Source: an uncultured virus (IMG/VR IMGVR_UViG_3300050581_000229) (lineage: Duplodnaviria; Heunggongvirae; Uroviricota; Caudoviricetes). Taken from it: a DNA stretch of 20,000 nt. The stretch's first letter is position 1. The number at the start of each line of letters is the position of its first letter. The stretch lies in IMG/VR virus record IMGVR_UViG_3300050581_000229. One strand, written 5' to 3'. Shown piece by piece: positions 7,884 through 16,589 of the stretch. The notes beneath the pieces are model-generated. The model was given only the letters and a program-made list of their open reading frames with translations. It made no database searches and had not been told where the DNA came from. Made by a program: the position numbers and the translations under genes.

Positions 7884-8622
7884 GTCTACTCCCAACCGCC
7901 GACTGGATTGTTTTGCGTATCTCACGCTCACCCAATCCAATCCCCAAAGCGGTAGGGGCCAACATCCTCTCAATCTCCATTCCCGACTTACCGTTTTCCG
8001 CTAATCGGCACGCGGCCCAGTAGAGGCTCGCGTTCCGACACCCTGGCTGTGCCGTCGCCAACCAGCGCGTGATGGCATCCGGTGAACCATCACCTATGAC
8101 CGGCTTCGTGGCCTTACGCGGTTTCTCTTCTTTGTCGAGCATGTAAGCCAGAAGGCTTGGGAATGGCGCTACCGGCTGGTTTGCTTTCTGCCAGCGATAG
8201 GCGTTCCCGGATGGGTGAATACTCGGCGGAAGGATGATGTAACCACCCGCGCCGCGAATATCGACGCCCTTCGCCAACTTCGACGCGGAGTTGTGGATTT
8301 CGAGATAAGTCGAATAGATCAGGTGGAATCCGCCGCCGCCAGTGACAGATGTGGCGGTTTCGGGAATGACTTCGTGGTATTGCCTGTATAGCGTCTTCCA
8401 AGCTTCCAGCCCTTCCGCGTCGATGTCCACGACTACTAACCCGGATGGGCCGCAAGCCAACCCAATGTTCGCCTGCGGCCACTTGCCCCACCATCCCCTG
8501 ATTACCGCCTCGTCACAGGAAGCGTCTTTCACGCCGTGCTCGGTGATGGGCGTCTTGCCTCGCGGCTTGATCGGGAATACCCACCATCCGCGATCTGCAT
8601 ATTGCACTGCCGCTTCGAGCAT
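7876..8622 (-). CDS. Bifunctional DNA primase/polymerase (prim-pol) with PriCT-1-like C-terminus
   Basis: GWWVFPI..GKTP...ANIGLACG.SGLVVVDID...TGGGGFHLIY...GVDIRGAGGYIILPPSIHPSGNAYRW, then GCRNASLYWAACRL...EIRKTIQSA. Start moved to MLEAA. Confidence 0.93.
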   Translation of the reverse strand: MLEAAVQYADRGWWVFPIKPRGKTPITEHGVKDASCDEAVIRGWWGKWPQANIGLACGPSGLVVVDIDAEGLEAWKTLYRQYHEVIPETATSVTGGGGFHLIYSTYLEIHNSASKLAKGVDIRGAGGYIILPPSIHPSGNAYRWQKANQPVAPFPSLLAYMLDKEEKPRKATKPVIGDGSPDAITRWLATAQPGCRNASLYWAACRLAENGKSGMEIERMLAPTALGIGLGEREIRKTIQSAVGSRHD

Positions 8623-8624
8623 GG

Positions 8625-8834
8625 CTACACGCTGATGTCCAATTGCTCTTTCGCCCACTGCCGTAGTTGCTCATCAAGTGCATCCACGGTTCCCCATCCC
8701 CACACAATGTAATCATTGTTGTCGCCCACGACCCAACTCCCATCCGGGAAGATGGAGACCACATACGGGAAGTCCTCTTTGAACGCTTTACTGTACGCGG
8801 CCTCGATCTTCTTGAACGTATTCAGCCATTCCAT
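8625..8834 (-). CDS. Small Trp-rich hypothetical protein, paralog 2
   Basis: 69 aa; about 37/69 identical to 8837..9052 by manual alignment. Confidence 0.8.
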   Translation of the reverse strand: MEWLNTFKKIEAAYSKAFKEDFPYVVSIFPDGSWVVGDNNDYIVWGWGTVDALDEQLRQWAKEQLDISV

Positions 8835-8836
8835 CG

Positions 8837-9052
8837 CTACCAAACCTCAATTCCAAAGCACTTCTCAGCCCACCGCCGCAACTGCGCATCCAAGTCGTCA
8901 ACCGTGGGCCACGACCAGACTGGCTCGTACCGCTCATCCATGATGGCCCAACTCCTGTCTGGGAAGATGACAACGGCGTATCCAAAGTCCTCGTTGTAGA
9001 TGGCGTCATGTGCCGCCTCAATCTTCTGGAATGTCTCAAGCCATCGCATCAT
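8837..9052 (-). CDS. Small Trp-rich hypothetical protein, paralog 1
   Basis: About 70 aa; overlaps the helicase stop; paralog of 8625..8834. Confidence 0.8.
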   Translation of the reverse strand: MMRWLETFQKIEAAHDAIYNEDFGYAVVIFPDRSWAIMDERYEPVWSWPTVDDLDAQLRRWAEKCFGIEVW

Positions 9053-10409
9053 CCAGCCCTGTCTTGTGCTCAATCACTTCAATAATGCGGCTTCTGTCAC
9101 CGAAACGGAAGACCGGGATGCGCCCCACGCCACGCCCAAAGGAGTTCTTCTCAAGCCACAAGTTCCCGAAGCACGAAATCTCCCCCTCGCCCTGGATGAA
9201 CTGCTTGCCTTTCAGGATTGGATGCGGCACGCACAGCGTGTCCTTAAGCTCTCTGAAGTCCAGCACCAGGCCATAGTTGGGCCGTTGGGCAATATTGGAG
9301 CTTCCCTTACCGTCAAGCAGATGAGGCCGCCAACCCTTACCCGTGCTGGTTTGGCTGGCCTTGTCCATTTGCTGAATGATGAACGACACCGTTTTGCTGT
9401 GCTGGTTATAGGTCTTTAGTTCTCCGAGGAAGACGCCGATACGATTGGCCTCGTTTGAGCCCTTCTTAGAATCGTTGAGTTCCGGGGCCATATCGAGGTA
9501 GTCGTAGATGATGTCCGCCTTGTACTTCGTGGCTTCTGAGATCACCCAGGATAACGGTTTACCCGCCGCTTCCCAATAGATCACTCTCCCGCCACCAGGA
9601 TAAGGCGTGAGGCACGCCAGGTCTTCTTCCGACACATTCCCTTGCAGGCAGTCATCCAATGGCTTGCCCGTCCGATCCGCTATGTCGCGGCAGATCATCT
9701 GGAAGTTGGTAAGCTCTGTGGAGCAATAGAGCACCGTGCGATGATGCTCCCTGGCCCACCAGTGAGCTACCCGCCGCGCAAACATGGACTTGCCTACACC
9801 TGTTGGCGCAACCAGCATGGATAGCGTGCCATAGTCGATATAGGGCACCCACTTGCGAAGTGTGGGGATGTCATTCGGCCAGGTTAATAGCTTTCCCGAC
9901 TTCACCGCTTCCCGACGATCCCTGAACATCAGCGCCGCTTTCGTCTGCCAATCGTCCGTCGATACGAACTCCGATTCATCATGGACAGATAGCTGTGTTA
10001 GGCCGCTGTTAAGGATTTCCGCCGCCTGCTGAACCGTGATCTTCCGGGCACGCAATTTCTCTTGCGTTTCCCTCAGTAACCGGCCTGCCTCATCCTCCGA
10101 GTGCAACTCCCGTAGCAGGCGAACATTCGTATCAATGTTCACCTCACCATACTTATCGAGTAGCCCCAGGACATCCTTCACTTCACCCGGCTCGGTCTCA
10201 AGACCATCGTGGGTCATCTGCTTGGCAATTGCCACCGCGTTGTCATCCTGCACAATCCTGATGGCTTTGTAGAACGACTTCGCCTGCGGATCGGTGAAGT
10301 AATCGATGACTTCCGGGTAGAAGTCCAACATCCTTTGCCCCGAACCATCCTTATAGGATGCCAGGGCCGCTACAGTCTGAAGCTCTAAAAAACGATTAGT
10401 CCCATTCAT
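9036..10409 (-). CDS. DnaB-like (SF4) replicative helicase
   Basis: Walker A APTGVGKS, H1a LYCSTELT, H2 IIYDYLD, H3 IIQQMDK, H4 GKGSSNIAQ, plus a helical N-terminal domain. Start moved to ATG 10409 because the longer start spans a terminator. Confidence 0.88.
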   Translation of the reverse strand: MNGTNRFLELQTVAALASYKDGSGQRMLDFYPEVIDYFTDPQAKSFYKAIRIVQDDNAVAIAKQMTHDGLETEPGEVKDVLGLLDKYGEVNIDTNVRLLRELHSEDEAGRLLRETQEKLRARKITVQQAAEILNSGLTQLSVHDESEFVSTDDWQTKAALMFRDRREAVKSGKLLTWPNDIPTLRKWVPYIDYGTLSMLVAPTGVGKSMFARRVAHWWAREHHRTVLYCSTELTNFQMICRDIADRTGKPLDDCLQGNVSEEDLACLTPYPGGGRVIYWEAAGKPLSWVISEATKYKADIIYDYLDMAPELNDSKKGSNEANRIGVFLGELKTYNQHSKTVSFIIQQMDKASQTSTGKGWRPHLLDGKGSSNIAQRPNYGLVLDFRELKDTLCVPHPILKGKQFIQGEGEISCFGNLWLEKNSFGRGVGRIPVFRFGDRSRIIEVIEHKTGLDDAMA

Positions 10410-10417
10410 GTTCCGAC

Positions 10418-10445
10418 AAAAAAGCCGCGAGGATAACTCGCGGCT
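10418..10445 (-). terminator. Rho-independent terminator
   Basis: Minus strand AGCCGCGAG-TTATC-CTCGCGGC followed by TTTTTT, just after the stop at 10463. Confidence 0.75.
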
Positions 10446-10462
10446 CATGTTTCAAAACAAGC

Positions 10463-10828
10463 TTATTCCCAACGACCCATCATGAACCATTCCGGCTCAC
10501 GCATATCGATCCCCATGACCTTGCAGAAGTCAACAAGGTGCACCATATCGGGCGTGATTTCCGACAACCCTGTCACAGGACACGCACTCCCATCTGTCAT
10601 CTCGATGCTTTTCGCCGCCACGTAACACGAGTCATCATTTCCACCGTCTGGACAATTGTTGTAGATGTAGCAATAGCATCCTGCCTTCCGAGTGTCATCG
10701 CAAAACTCGCTGTAGCCAATACCTTTCTTGAGGGAGTACCACTCATCCCAGGAGTATCCTGCTTCCTTCCACGGCTGCTTATCGACTTTGAATCCCCAAA
10801 ACGAAATTGCTTTAAACCGCATCCCCAT
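10463..10828 (-). CDS. Hypothetical phage protein
   Basis: 121 aa, TAATG overlap with the upstream gene; aromatic/Cys-rich. Confidence 0.7.
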   Translation of the reverse strand: MGMRFKAISFWGFKVDKQPWKEAGYSWDEWYSLKKGIGYSEFCDDTRKAGCYCYIYNNCPDGGNDDSCYVAAKSIEMTDGSACPVTGLSEITPDMVHLVDFCKVMGIDMREPEWFMMGRWE

Positions 10829-11310
10829 TATGACAACCCCAATTCCTTCAACCGCTCATCCGATACGGTCTCAACCTCAACGGTAGATTCTGGTTGGGAG
10901 CCCAACTGACCCTCAAGCAACACCTTCCGTACCGCTTGCAGCCTGCCAACGTCTTCCGTGTGCGCGGCCATGATCTGCTTCTTGATCTCAGACCACTCGT
11001 GATCCTTGAGCATGGCGATCAATGCACCGCGCAATTCGTCGTTGAAATTGAACGAGTACGACGGCCCGAGGAACTTCCTTAACCAGTTGATCGGCTCATT
11101 GGGTAGCGCACCCGCTACTGGCCGATCACGCTTCCCGAATCCTGAGAGGCGGAAGGTGATTCCTTCCTTCTCGAAACCGGAGTTGGGGATTCTGACTGTT
11201 TCACCCGAGGGAAATCTATACAGCGGCCCTAACCTGCGGCTATCGCGAATCTCCACTTCGTCGTTCGTCTCATCGATGTAATGCTCATAAGCGATAACGA
11301 CTTCCCTCAT
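10828..11310 (-). CDS. Hypothetical phage protein
   Basis: 160 aa, ATGA overlap. Confidence 0.7.
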   Translation of the reverse strand: MREVVIAYEHYIDETNDEVEIRDSRRLGPLYRFPSGETVRIPNSGFEKEGITFRLSGFGKRDRPVAGALPNEPINWLRKFLGPSYSFNFNDELRGALIAMLKDHEWSEIKKQIMAAHTEDVGRLQAVRKVLLEGQLGSQPESTVEVETVSDERLKELGLS

Positions 11311-11522
11311 AGGTCATCGTCCGTTTCGGCGTCCATCGTGTCCGCGATCCCCTTGGCGGCATCCGCTGCTTCCGAGGCAGATACTTGGACCGATTCGACA
11401 TTCACGTCGATACTTTTGAGGAATGAGGCGATGCGCTCCAACTCAAGCGTGATCGTACTTAGTTGCTCTGACACATGCTCCACTACTTTCGTCTGTTCCT
11501 GAATTGCCTGAGCCGTCGTCAT
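11307..11522 (-). CDS. Small acidic coiled-coil protein
   Basis: Start moved to MTTAQ (ATGA overlap); heptad-like pattern, acidic tail. Confidence 0.65.
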   Translation of the reverse strand: MTTAQAIQEQTKVVEHVSEQLSTITLELERIASFLKSIDVNVESVQVSASEAADAAKGIADTMDAETDDDL

Positions 11523-12334
11523 TGCATTCTCCAATTGATGATCTTGTCCGTGGCCCGTTCAAAGGCTTCCCCCAGGCCATCATTAACAACCAGCGTGTAC
11601 CGCCGCTTGCCATCCTGCAATATCTCAACGTTGCCATCCACCAGCACGATCTCCTTCTTGCCCTTTCGCTCCCGAAGCTCGGCTTCCATTTGCACGGAAG
11701 TAACCGAGTCGTCCATCATTCGGTCGTACACCAGGTCAACCGTCTCTTTTGAGACCTTTCCGGTGCGAGCCTTCTCGTCTGAAACGGCGGAGATCGCGAA
11801 GCGCACCTTATCCGGCACCGAAATGCCGCAACCGGATTCGTCGATGATGGTTGCCATCAGGTCATCCGTCACTTCGTGGCCGTTCGCGATAAGCTCAGGC
11901 AGCAGCTTCGACAGGAATAGGCTCAGCATCTTGCGCTGGTATTCGGATAGCGCGAGATCAAGGTGAGTTTCTTCGTACCAGATTTGGAGCATCCCGCCAA
12001 TCGTCTTGGTGGAGCGATCTTCCAGAACCGGCTTGACAATCGCAATCTGGCCTGAGAGGAACGCATCTCGTAGTGCAATCGCGATAAATGCGTGCATGTT
12101 GGTGATTGCGATCCCTGCGGCGGCCACCTTCGCCATTAGCTTCTCACCCGCGCAACGGCGGATGTGCGCCTCGTCCGTTTCCCCTGGCAACTTCGGCATT
12201 ACCGTCCGAATTGAGCCCTGATCCCACAATACGTCTAGCAAAGCGTTGACCGCCTGCGCCCCCCTAACCGGATCATGTTCGGTTACAAATTCAAGCGCTG
12301 CGGGCGATCCATACGCTACGACCTCACGTTGCAT
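11519..12334 (-). CDS. Hypothetical protein (271 aa)
   Basis: Long ORF, GAGGGG RBS, coupled on both sides. Confidence 0.75.
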   Translation of the reverse strand: MQREVVAYGSPAALEFVTEHDPVRGAQAVNALLDVLWDQGSIRTVMPKLPGETDEAHIRRCAGEKLMAKVAAAGIAITNMHAFIAIALRDAFLSGQIAIVKPVLEDRSTKTIGGMLQIWYEETHLDLALSEYQRKMLSLFLSKLLPELIANGHEVTDDLMATIIDESGCGISVPDKVRFAISAVSDEKARTGKVSKETVDLVYDRMMDDSVTSVQMEAELRERKGKKEIVLVDGNVEILQDGKRRYTLVVNDGLGEAFERATDKIINWRMQ

Positions 12335-12891
12335 ATAGCCCCCTCGATTGACTTGTAAATGTGATGTGTGGGCGGGATGTGGAATAGCCCGCCCCCGTAT
12401 TCCAACTTGAAATCCTTGAACTCAGTGTCCGCCGTAATCAAACGGAAAGCGCGTTGGCGTTCCAGCGATTCGTTCGCCGCGATCTTGCGCCTTCCCCCAA
12501 GCTTCATCTCGGTGGCGAGATAGCTTTCAGGCGGGATGAGAAATAGGCTCGCCTTCTCTTGCGAGATTCTGGGTGGGCGTACCCGCTCCGGGTATAACCA
12601 GAGCGCAATGTAGTATAGGGAATGTGTTGGAACAGCCACCTGCTGCCACCAGCTGCGCTGGGCCAGTGACCATCCCTCGCGATCCTCTGGGTTATTTGGA
12701 TTCCCCAGATACGCAGACCCGAAAAATGCTTTGCACTCAATGCAGATAACAACGGCTGGAAACCCCTCGATCAGATTCGCAAAAACAAAGGAATCGGGCC
12801 GTCCAGATTGGTATTGCGTTTGCCCGGTTGTCCTCGCGAATGTAGCGTTTGCATTGTATACCCAGCACCATCCTGGAATTTTGTTCACCAT
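12316..12891 (-). CDS. PD-(D/E)xK endonuclease, Holliday-junction resolvase/VRR-NUC-like
   Basis: SGRPDSFVF...ICIECKA...SLAQRSWW matches G-x-PD...IE-x-K...S-x-x-Q. Start uncertain (12891 or further upstream). Confidence 0.65.
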   Translation of the reverse strand: MVNKIPGWCWVYNANATFARTTGQTQYQSGRPDSFVFANLIEGFPAVVICIECKAFFGSAYLGNPNNPEDREGWSLAQRSWWQQVAVPTHSLYYIALWLYPERVRPPRISQEKASLFLIPPESYLATEMKLGGRRKIAANESLERQRAFRLITADTEFKDFKLEYGGGLFHIPPTHHIYKSIEGAICNVRS

Positions 12892-12907
12892 CCGTGCCAG
12901 TGGTGCC

Positions 12908-13759
12908 CTACAATACTGATTCTCCTTGCCCAAATACCAACACTCCGTCCTCCTTGAATGACGTTGTGTATACATCGCCAGAACAGTGCCAGCAATGCCC
13001 GAAGTAGGGGCAGTTCACATGAATTGCGCCCAGTTTCCGGTCGGTCGGGTATGCTTTGTCCGCCTTCTCGCTACAACACTCACCTGGGCGGAACTCCGGC
13101 TCCGGCAACTCCACGACTGCGCGGTTCTGGCGCTCGATTTCCTCATCAAGCTCTTCATCGCTGACCGTGGCAATCTCATCGCGGTATTCGTGTTGGAATA
13201 TCGCCGCTCCCCGTTCGTGGCGGAACGTGTAGATGTTGTCGCCCGTGCGATTCTGCATGACGAGGAAGCCACTGTTGATCCCACTCATACGCATGTATGC
13301 CGCGCACTGGAACGCCCACTTGGGATTGATCTTCCAGGCATCGGTGCGCTTGAACTCAACTAACGACTTACCACCACAAGTGGTAATGACGGAATCTGCG
13401 CGACCCACGACCTTATCGCTCTCGAATGAGACTTCATGCTGAGCACCCTCTACAAGTGTCGAGGCGTTTGCCGTCCACGTCAGCGCTTCCTGCCACAATT
13501 CGGCCACCATGTTCCCTTCTCGGAACATATTCAATAGCGCGTAATTGTTGTGCGGCAGCAGGTGCGGATGCGTCGGCTCGGTCCCCAATCGGTCATAAGC
13601 CGAGGCAATCGGGCACACGCCCAATCTGCTTGCCCTGGCCCTCTTCTCACCGTGGCGACGATCACCTTTCGGGAGATCGACATGCACGCGATCCCCGCCA
13701 TCATCCAGGTATTGCAGATAACCCTTGTGTATCCCGCGCAGTAGTTCCGGCGTAATCAC
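12908..13759 (-). CDS. Cas4/RecB-like PD-(D/E)xK exonuclease with probable Fe-S cysteines
   Basis: RASRLGVCP, EGNMVAE, VVGRADSV, LVEFKRT, FQCAAYM, C-terminal CC...CPYFGHCW. GTG start at 13759 in a GTGA overlap. Confidence 0.8.
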   Translation of the reverse strand: MITPELLRGIHKGYLQYLDDGGDRVHVDLPKGDRRHGEKRARASRLGVCPIASAYDRLGTEPTHPHLLPHNNYALLNMFREGNMVAELWQEALTWTANASTLVEGAQHEVSFESDKVVGRADSVITTCGGKSLVEFKRTDAWKINPKWAFQCAAYMRMSGINSGFLVMQNRTGDNIYTFRHERGAAIFQHEYRDEIATVSDEELDEEIERQNRAVVELPEPEFRPGECCSEKADKAYPTDRKLGAIHVNCPYFGHCWHCSGDVYTTSFKEDGVLVFGQGESVL

Positions 13760-13968
13760 TTCTTCACCTCCACACCTAGCGGGGTGAAGTGCAGATCGGT
13801 TGAAGGCATTCCCTGCCACCACATTGAGGCCATCGCTTCGCCGTTTACGTTATCTACTGAAACACCCGCCACCGCCGTATCCTTCTCGTCCAGCACATAC
13901 AGGTCGATCCCCATATCGCTGGAACGGAGTTGCAATTTCATTCCACAGTGCTCAAAAGTAAAATTCAT
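13756..13968 (-). CDS. Hypothetical protein
   Basis: 70 aa, ATGA overlap, GGAG RBS. Confidence 0.65.
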   Translation of the reverse strand: MNFTFEHCGMKLQLRSSDMGIDLYVLDEKDTAVAGVSVDNVNGEAMASMWWQGMPSTDLHFTPLGVEVKK

Positions 13969-14186
13969 GCCAACGAATCTCCAATATTGCAGATAGTGAC
14001 GTTTCGATATTGCCTGCCATCAACCTCAAGACTTCCCCCTTCCAGGTAGTAAATGTGTGGATTTGCTGGATCGGCCTGTAGATAGACGGATACACACGCG
14101 CCTTGCATTAGCTCCACCCGATCTACCGGGCCAATCCTCACCGAATCGACGCCATCGTTCCAGGCATAGACATACAGGTTTAGCAT
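13965..14186 (-). CDS. Hypothetical protein
   Basis: About 73 aa, beta-rich; ATG at 14186 (track start 14192 is TTG). Confidence 0.6.
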   Translation of the reverse strand: MLNLYVYAWNDGVDSVRIGPVDRVELMQGACVSVYLQADPANPHIYYLEGGSLEVDGRQYRNVTICNIGDSLA

Positions 14187-14222
14187 CCACAAAACGGTAG
14201 AGAATCATTACAATCGTTAGTT

Positions 14223-14777
14223 ATGTCTGATGAATTTAAGTACGTTGAGAAGGCTCGCAAGCTTGGGGTGGACGTAGAAAATCCAACTGCCATGCACTAT
14301 CTCGTGAACGGGATTCGCTACTGCGAGGCCAGATTCCAGAACCCGACAGCCAACAGGTCTCAACTGGCGGACATCCTGGGTTTGCGGACGCCAGAAGAAG
14401 TGGACTTCTTGCGCAGGAACAACTACATCGGGATAGCCAGCGAGATTGTCTTTGAGACCCTGATGGAAGAGATGGCACAAACGGATTTGCGCCAACGAAT
14501 CCTCAAGCTCTATCACGACGACTACTATGACTGGCTATCCAACATGAGCCGCATCGCGGCTGGGAAAGCACCCGCAGATGGTGGTAAACGTCCACTTGAC
14601 CGCGATCAGGTCGCTGCCTTTACCGCACTGCAAAGCACTCAAACCCACGAAGCGTTCCTGAAGATGCTATTTCTGCCTGACCAAACCGAGAGCGCGGAAT
14701 CCCAATACCTTGTCACCCGCAAACAACTTCAGGATTCCTCGGATGTCATTGACTTGGATAACCCGACAAACTCATAA
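14223..14777 (+). CDS. Hypothetical HTH protein, possibly small-terminase-like or regulatory
   Basis: The only convincing plus-strand gene in the element. NRSQLADILGL is HTH-like; helical C-terminus with DRDQVAAF; TACAAT 8 nt before the ATG. Confidence 0.7.
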   Translation: MSDEFKYVEKARKLGVDVENPTAMHYLVNGIRYCEARFQNPTANRSQLADILGLRTPEEVDFLRRNNYIGIASEIVFETLMEEMAQTDLRQRILKLYHDDYYDWLSNMSRIAAGKAPADGGKRPLDRDQVAAFTALQSTQTHEAFLKMLFLPDQTESAESQYLVTRKQLQDSSDVIDLDNPTNS

Positions 14778-14932
14778 CCGATTACGCCAGGCTTGAGGAA
14801 TTGCGCGGCATCCCCCTCAATCCTGGTGTAACTAGCCGTTCCTTCCCCGAACTCAACGTCTATCTCGTTCGGCAACTCATCGTAGTCAAGCTGTTCACCG
14901 GAGAACGGGCCACCGTACAGTGTTATTACCAT
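14729..14932 (-). CDS. Small hypothetical phage protein
   Basis: 67 aa beginning ITLYGGPFSG, a GGP-x-x-G motif common in small phage proteins; coupled to the GT2 gene. Confidence 0.65.
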   Translation of the reverse strand: MVITLYGGPFSGEQLDYDELPNEIDVEFGEGTASYTRIEGDAAQFLKPGVIGYEFVGLSKSMTSEES

Positions 14933-15708
14933 CCCGAACCCCTGTAGATCGGCTCTTTGCCAGAGCGATAGCCATTCTCCAGGACATGATACTGGTCTAC
15001 CCGGCTCATGGCGTATTGAACCTTCTGATGAGTGTATGTCGTCCCACCTGGGTCAACGTGGTCAATGTCGATGGTCGGCAGGAATACATTCCTGAACCCG
15101 GCCAACCGGCTGCGCACAGCCATGTCCGCATCGTCGAACCCGTACACCCCGCCCATCTGATACAGGTATCCGACCTTATCCAGCAAACGCGGGTTGAATG
15201 CCTCACAGGTGCCCATGATGTCCTCGCATTGTTCCACCACGATCCACGGCTCGCCGCGCTTGTGAGGGAGCATCTGTAGCTGCGAGCGGTATTGCAGGTC
15301 TGGGTGGTTCGGCCTTTGCTCAAGGTCTTTGCGCTTCAGACCAACAATCCCGATCTTGTTGTCGCGCTGGAAGACCTCCTCCATCCTTTGCGGCCAGTCC
15401 TTCTGATTGACCACCACGTCGTTATCCATCTTGATAACGACTTCACCGGGCCGCCGAATCCTGATGATCCGGTTGATCGCTTTCGCGGTACCCAGGTTCT
15501 CATTGTTGTAAAAGACGGTGTCTATGACCCCTAACCTCAATGAGCTTTCAAGTGACATCCTCGTCTGTTCGCATGAGCCGTTGTCGCATACAACGACTCG
15601 ATTCTTGGACATATCAACCTGATAGTGCAAGCTGGCAAGGGTCCGATTCGTCATCTCCGTGCGCCCATTTTCCGGGGTATCAAAGGTAACAACAGCAATT
15701 AGCGCCAT
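14926..15708 (-). CDS. Glycosyltransferase family 2 (GT-A fold)
   Basis: VVVCDNGS, NENLGTAKAIN, IKMDNDVVV (DxD), YGFDDADMAVRSRLAG. Confidence 0.92.
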   Translation of the reverse strand: MALIAVVTFDTPENGRTEMTNRTLASLHYQVDMSKNRVVVCDNGSCEQTRMSLESSLRLGVIDTVFYNNENLGTAKAINRIIRIRRPGEVVIKMDNDVVVNQKDWPQRMEEVFQRDNKIGIVGLKRKDLEQRPNHPDLQYRSQLQMLPHKRGEPWIVVEQCEDIMGTCEAFNPRLLDKVGYLYQMGGVYGFDDADMAVRSRLAGFRNVFLPTIDIDHVDPGGTTYTHQKVQYAMSRVDQYHVLENGYRSGKEPIYRGSGW

Positions 15709-15750
15709 GCGATTAACCTTAGAGGCTGGAACTCACATTGTGAAGAGGGG

Positions 15751-15781
15751 GAAATGGGCCAGTTTCAAGCTGGCCCACTTC
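15751..15781 (-). terminator. Hairpin, possible terminator after 15783..16589
   Basis: Minus strand GAAGTGGGCCAG-CTTGAAA-CTGGCCCATTTC; only a short U run, then pyrimidines. Confidence 0.5.
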
Positions 15782-15782
15782 T

Positions 15783-16589
15783 CTATAGGGCAGGGGAGAG
15801 GATTCGCGCAATCTCACGGTACTTTTCGGCCTGCGCGGGCAATTCCGCTTTGAGCGTGTCAATCAAGTCTTGTTCGATAGGCCGCAGATAATCATCATCC
15901 GCGTCAGACTCGATCCCGGATAGCGATTCGGTCGCTATCTCAACATCATTCACCCTGGCGCTCACAACACACCGCGTATAGTTCCACCGGACGCCATAAG
16001 CCTCTTGCCTCTCGCAGTCTTCCACGACGTAGAGGATGTCGAGATCATTCATCAGGTCGCCTGTGCTAATGGAGTGATTCCCCAGGTTATCCTGCTCCCT
16101 TCGCCAACACTGTTCGACCTCCTGCTGGTTGGCACCACGCCAGTTGTTCTCATCGAAGGGCAGATATTGTTTTGGGTGGTAATAGCGATATTCTCCGTAG
16201 AAGTATCGCGTTCTGATGTTTCGGGCCAGAACTTCCTTGTGGAACCGAGTGATCGTTACGGTTGGCGGCGTGGTGTTCCGGTGATAATCAACTGCTTCTA
16301 CGTCCCGTTCACTTTCGCCTTCCGCCAGCCAGTCCGCATCCTCCGCGTTCACGATGATTCTGTCATCGTCCAGATACCTATAGCTCACCCCAGAGTGGTC
16401 GAGCACAAATATCTTACTGTCCGCGACATACTGTGGCCCATAGAGGACTCCCGCATCCCGATCTACGTAATAGCCCCTCGCCTTACCGTCGTATTCACCC
16501 CAGGGCGGGCACGAGTCTTCGTCGTCCTCCCACCTGATACAAAACTTAACGTCACCCCAGGTGACAACATGGTTATTCAATCCGCTCAT
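15783..16589 (-). CDS. Acidic phage early-type hypothetical protein
   Basis: About 268 aa. EDDEDSCPPWGEYDG...DCERQEAY...W...SLSGIESD resembles a recurring family in phage early regions. ATG 16589 preferred over TTG 16619. Confidence 0.75.
   Translation of the reverse strand: MSGLNNHVVTWGDVKFCIRWEDDEDSCPPWGEYDGKARGYYVDRDAGVLYGPQYVADSKIFVLDHSGVSYRYLDDDRIIVNAEDADWLAEGESERDVEAVDYHRNTTPPTVTITRFHKEVLARNIRTRYFYGEYRYYHPKQYLPFDENNWRGANQQEVEQCWRREQDNLGNHSISTGDLMNDLDILYVVEDCERQEAYGVRWNYTRCVVSARVNDVEIATESLSGIESDADDDYLRPIEQDLIDTLKAELPAQAEKYREIARILSPAL

Noticed and set aside
8625..9052. Paralog pairs as template and variable repeats of a diversity-generating retroelement
   Set aside because: No reverse transcriptase in the window, both copies are intact ORFs, and the divergence is too high and not evidently adenine-specific.
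10410..10448. N-terminal extension of the helicase in the ORF track
   Set aside because: It coincides with a terminator hairpin; ATG 10409 is more plausible.
12908..13759. Cas4-like gene as evidence of a CRISPR-Cas locus
   Set aside because: No cas1/cas2 or other cas genes and no repeat-spacer array seen; solo Cas4-like nucleases are common in phages.
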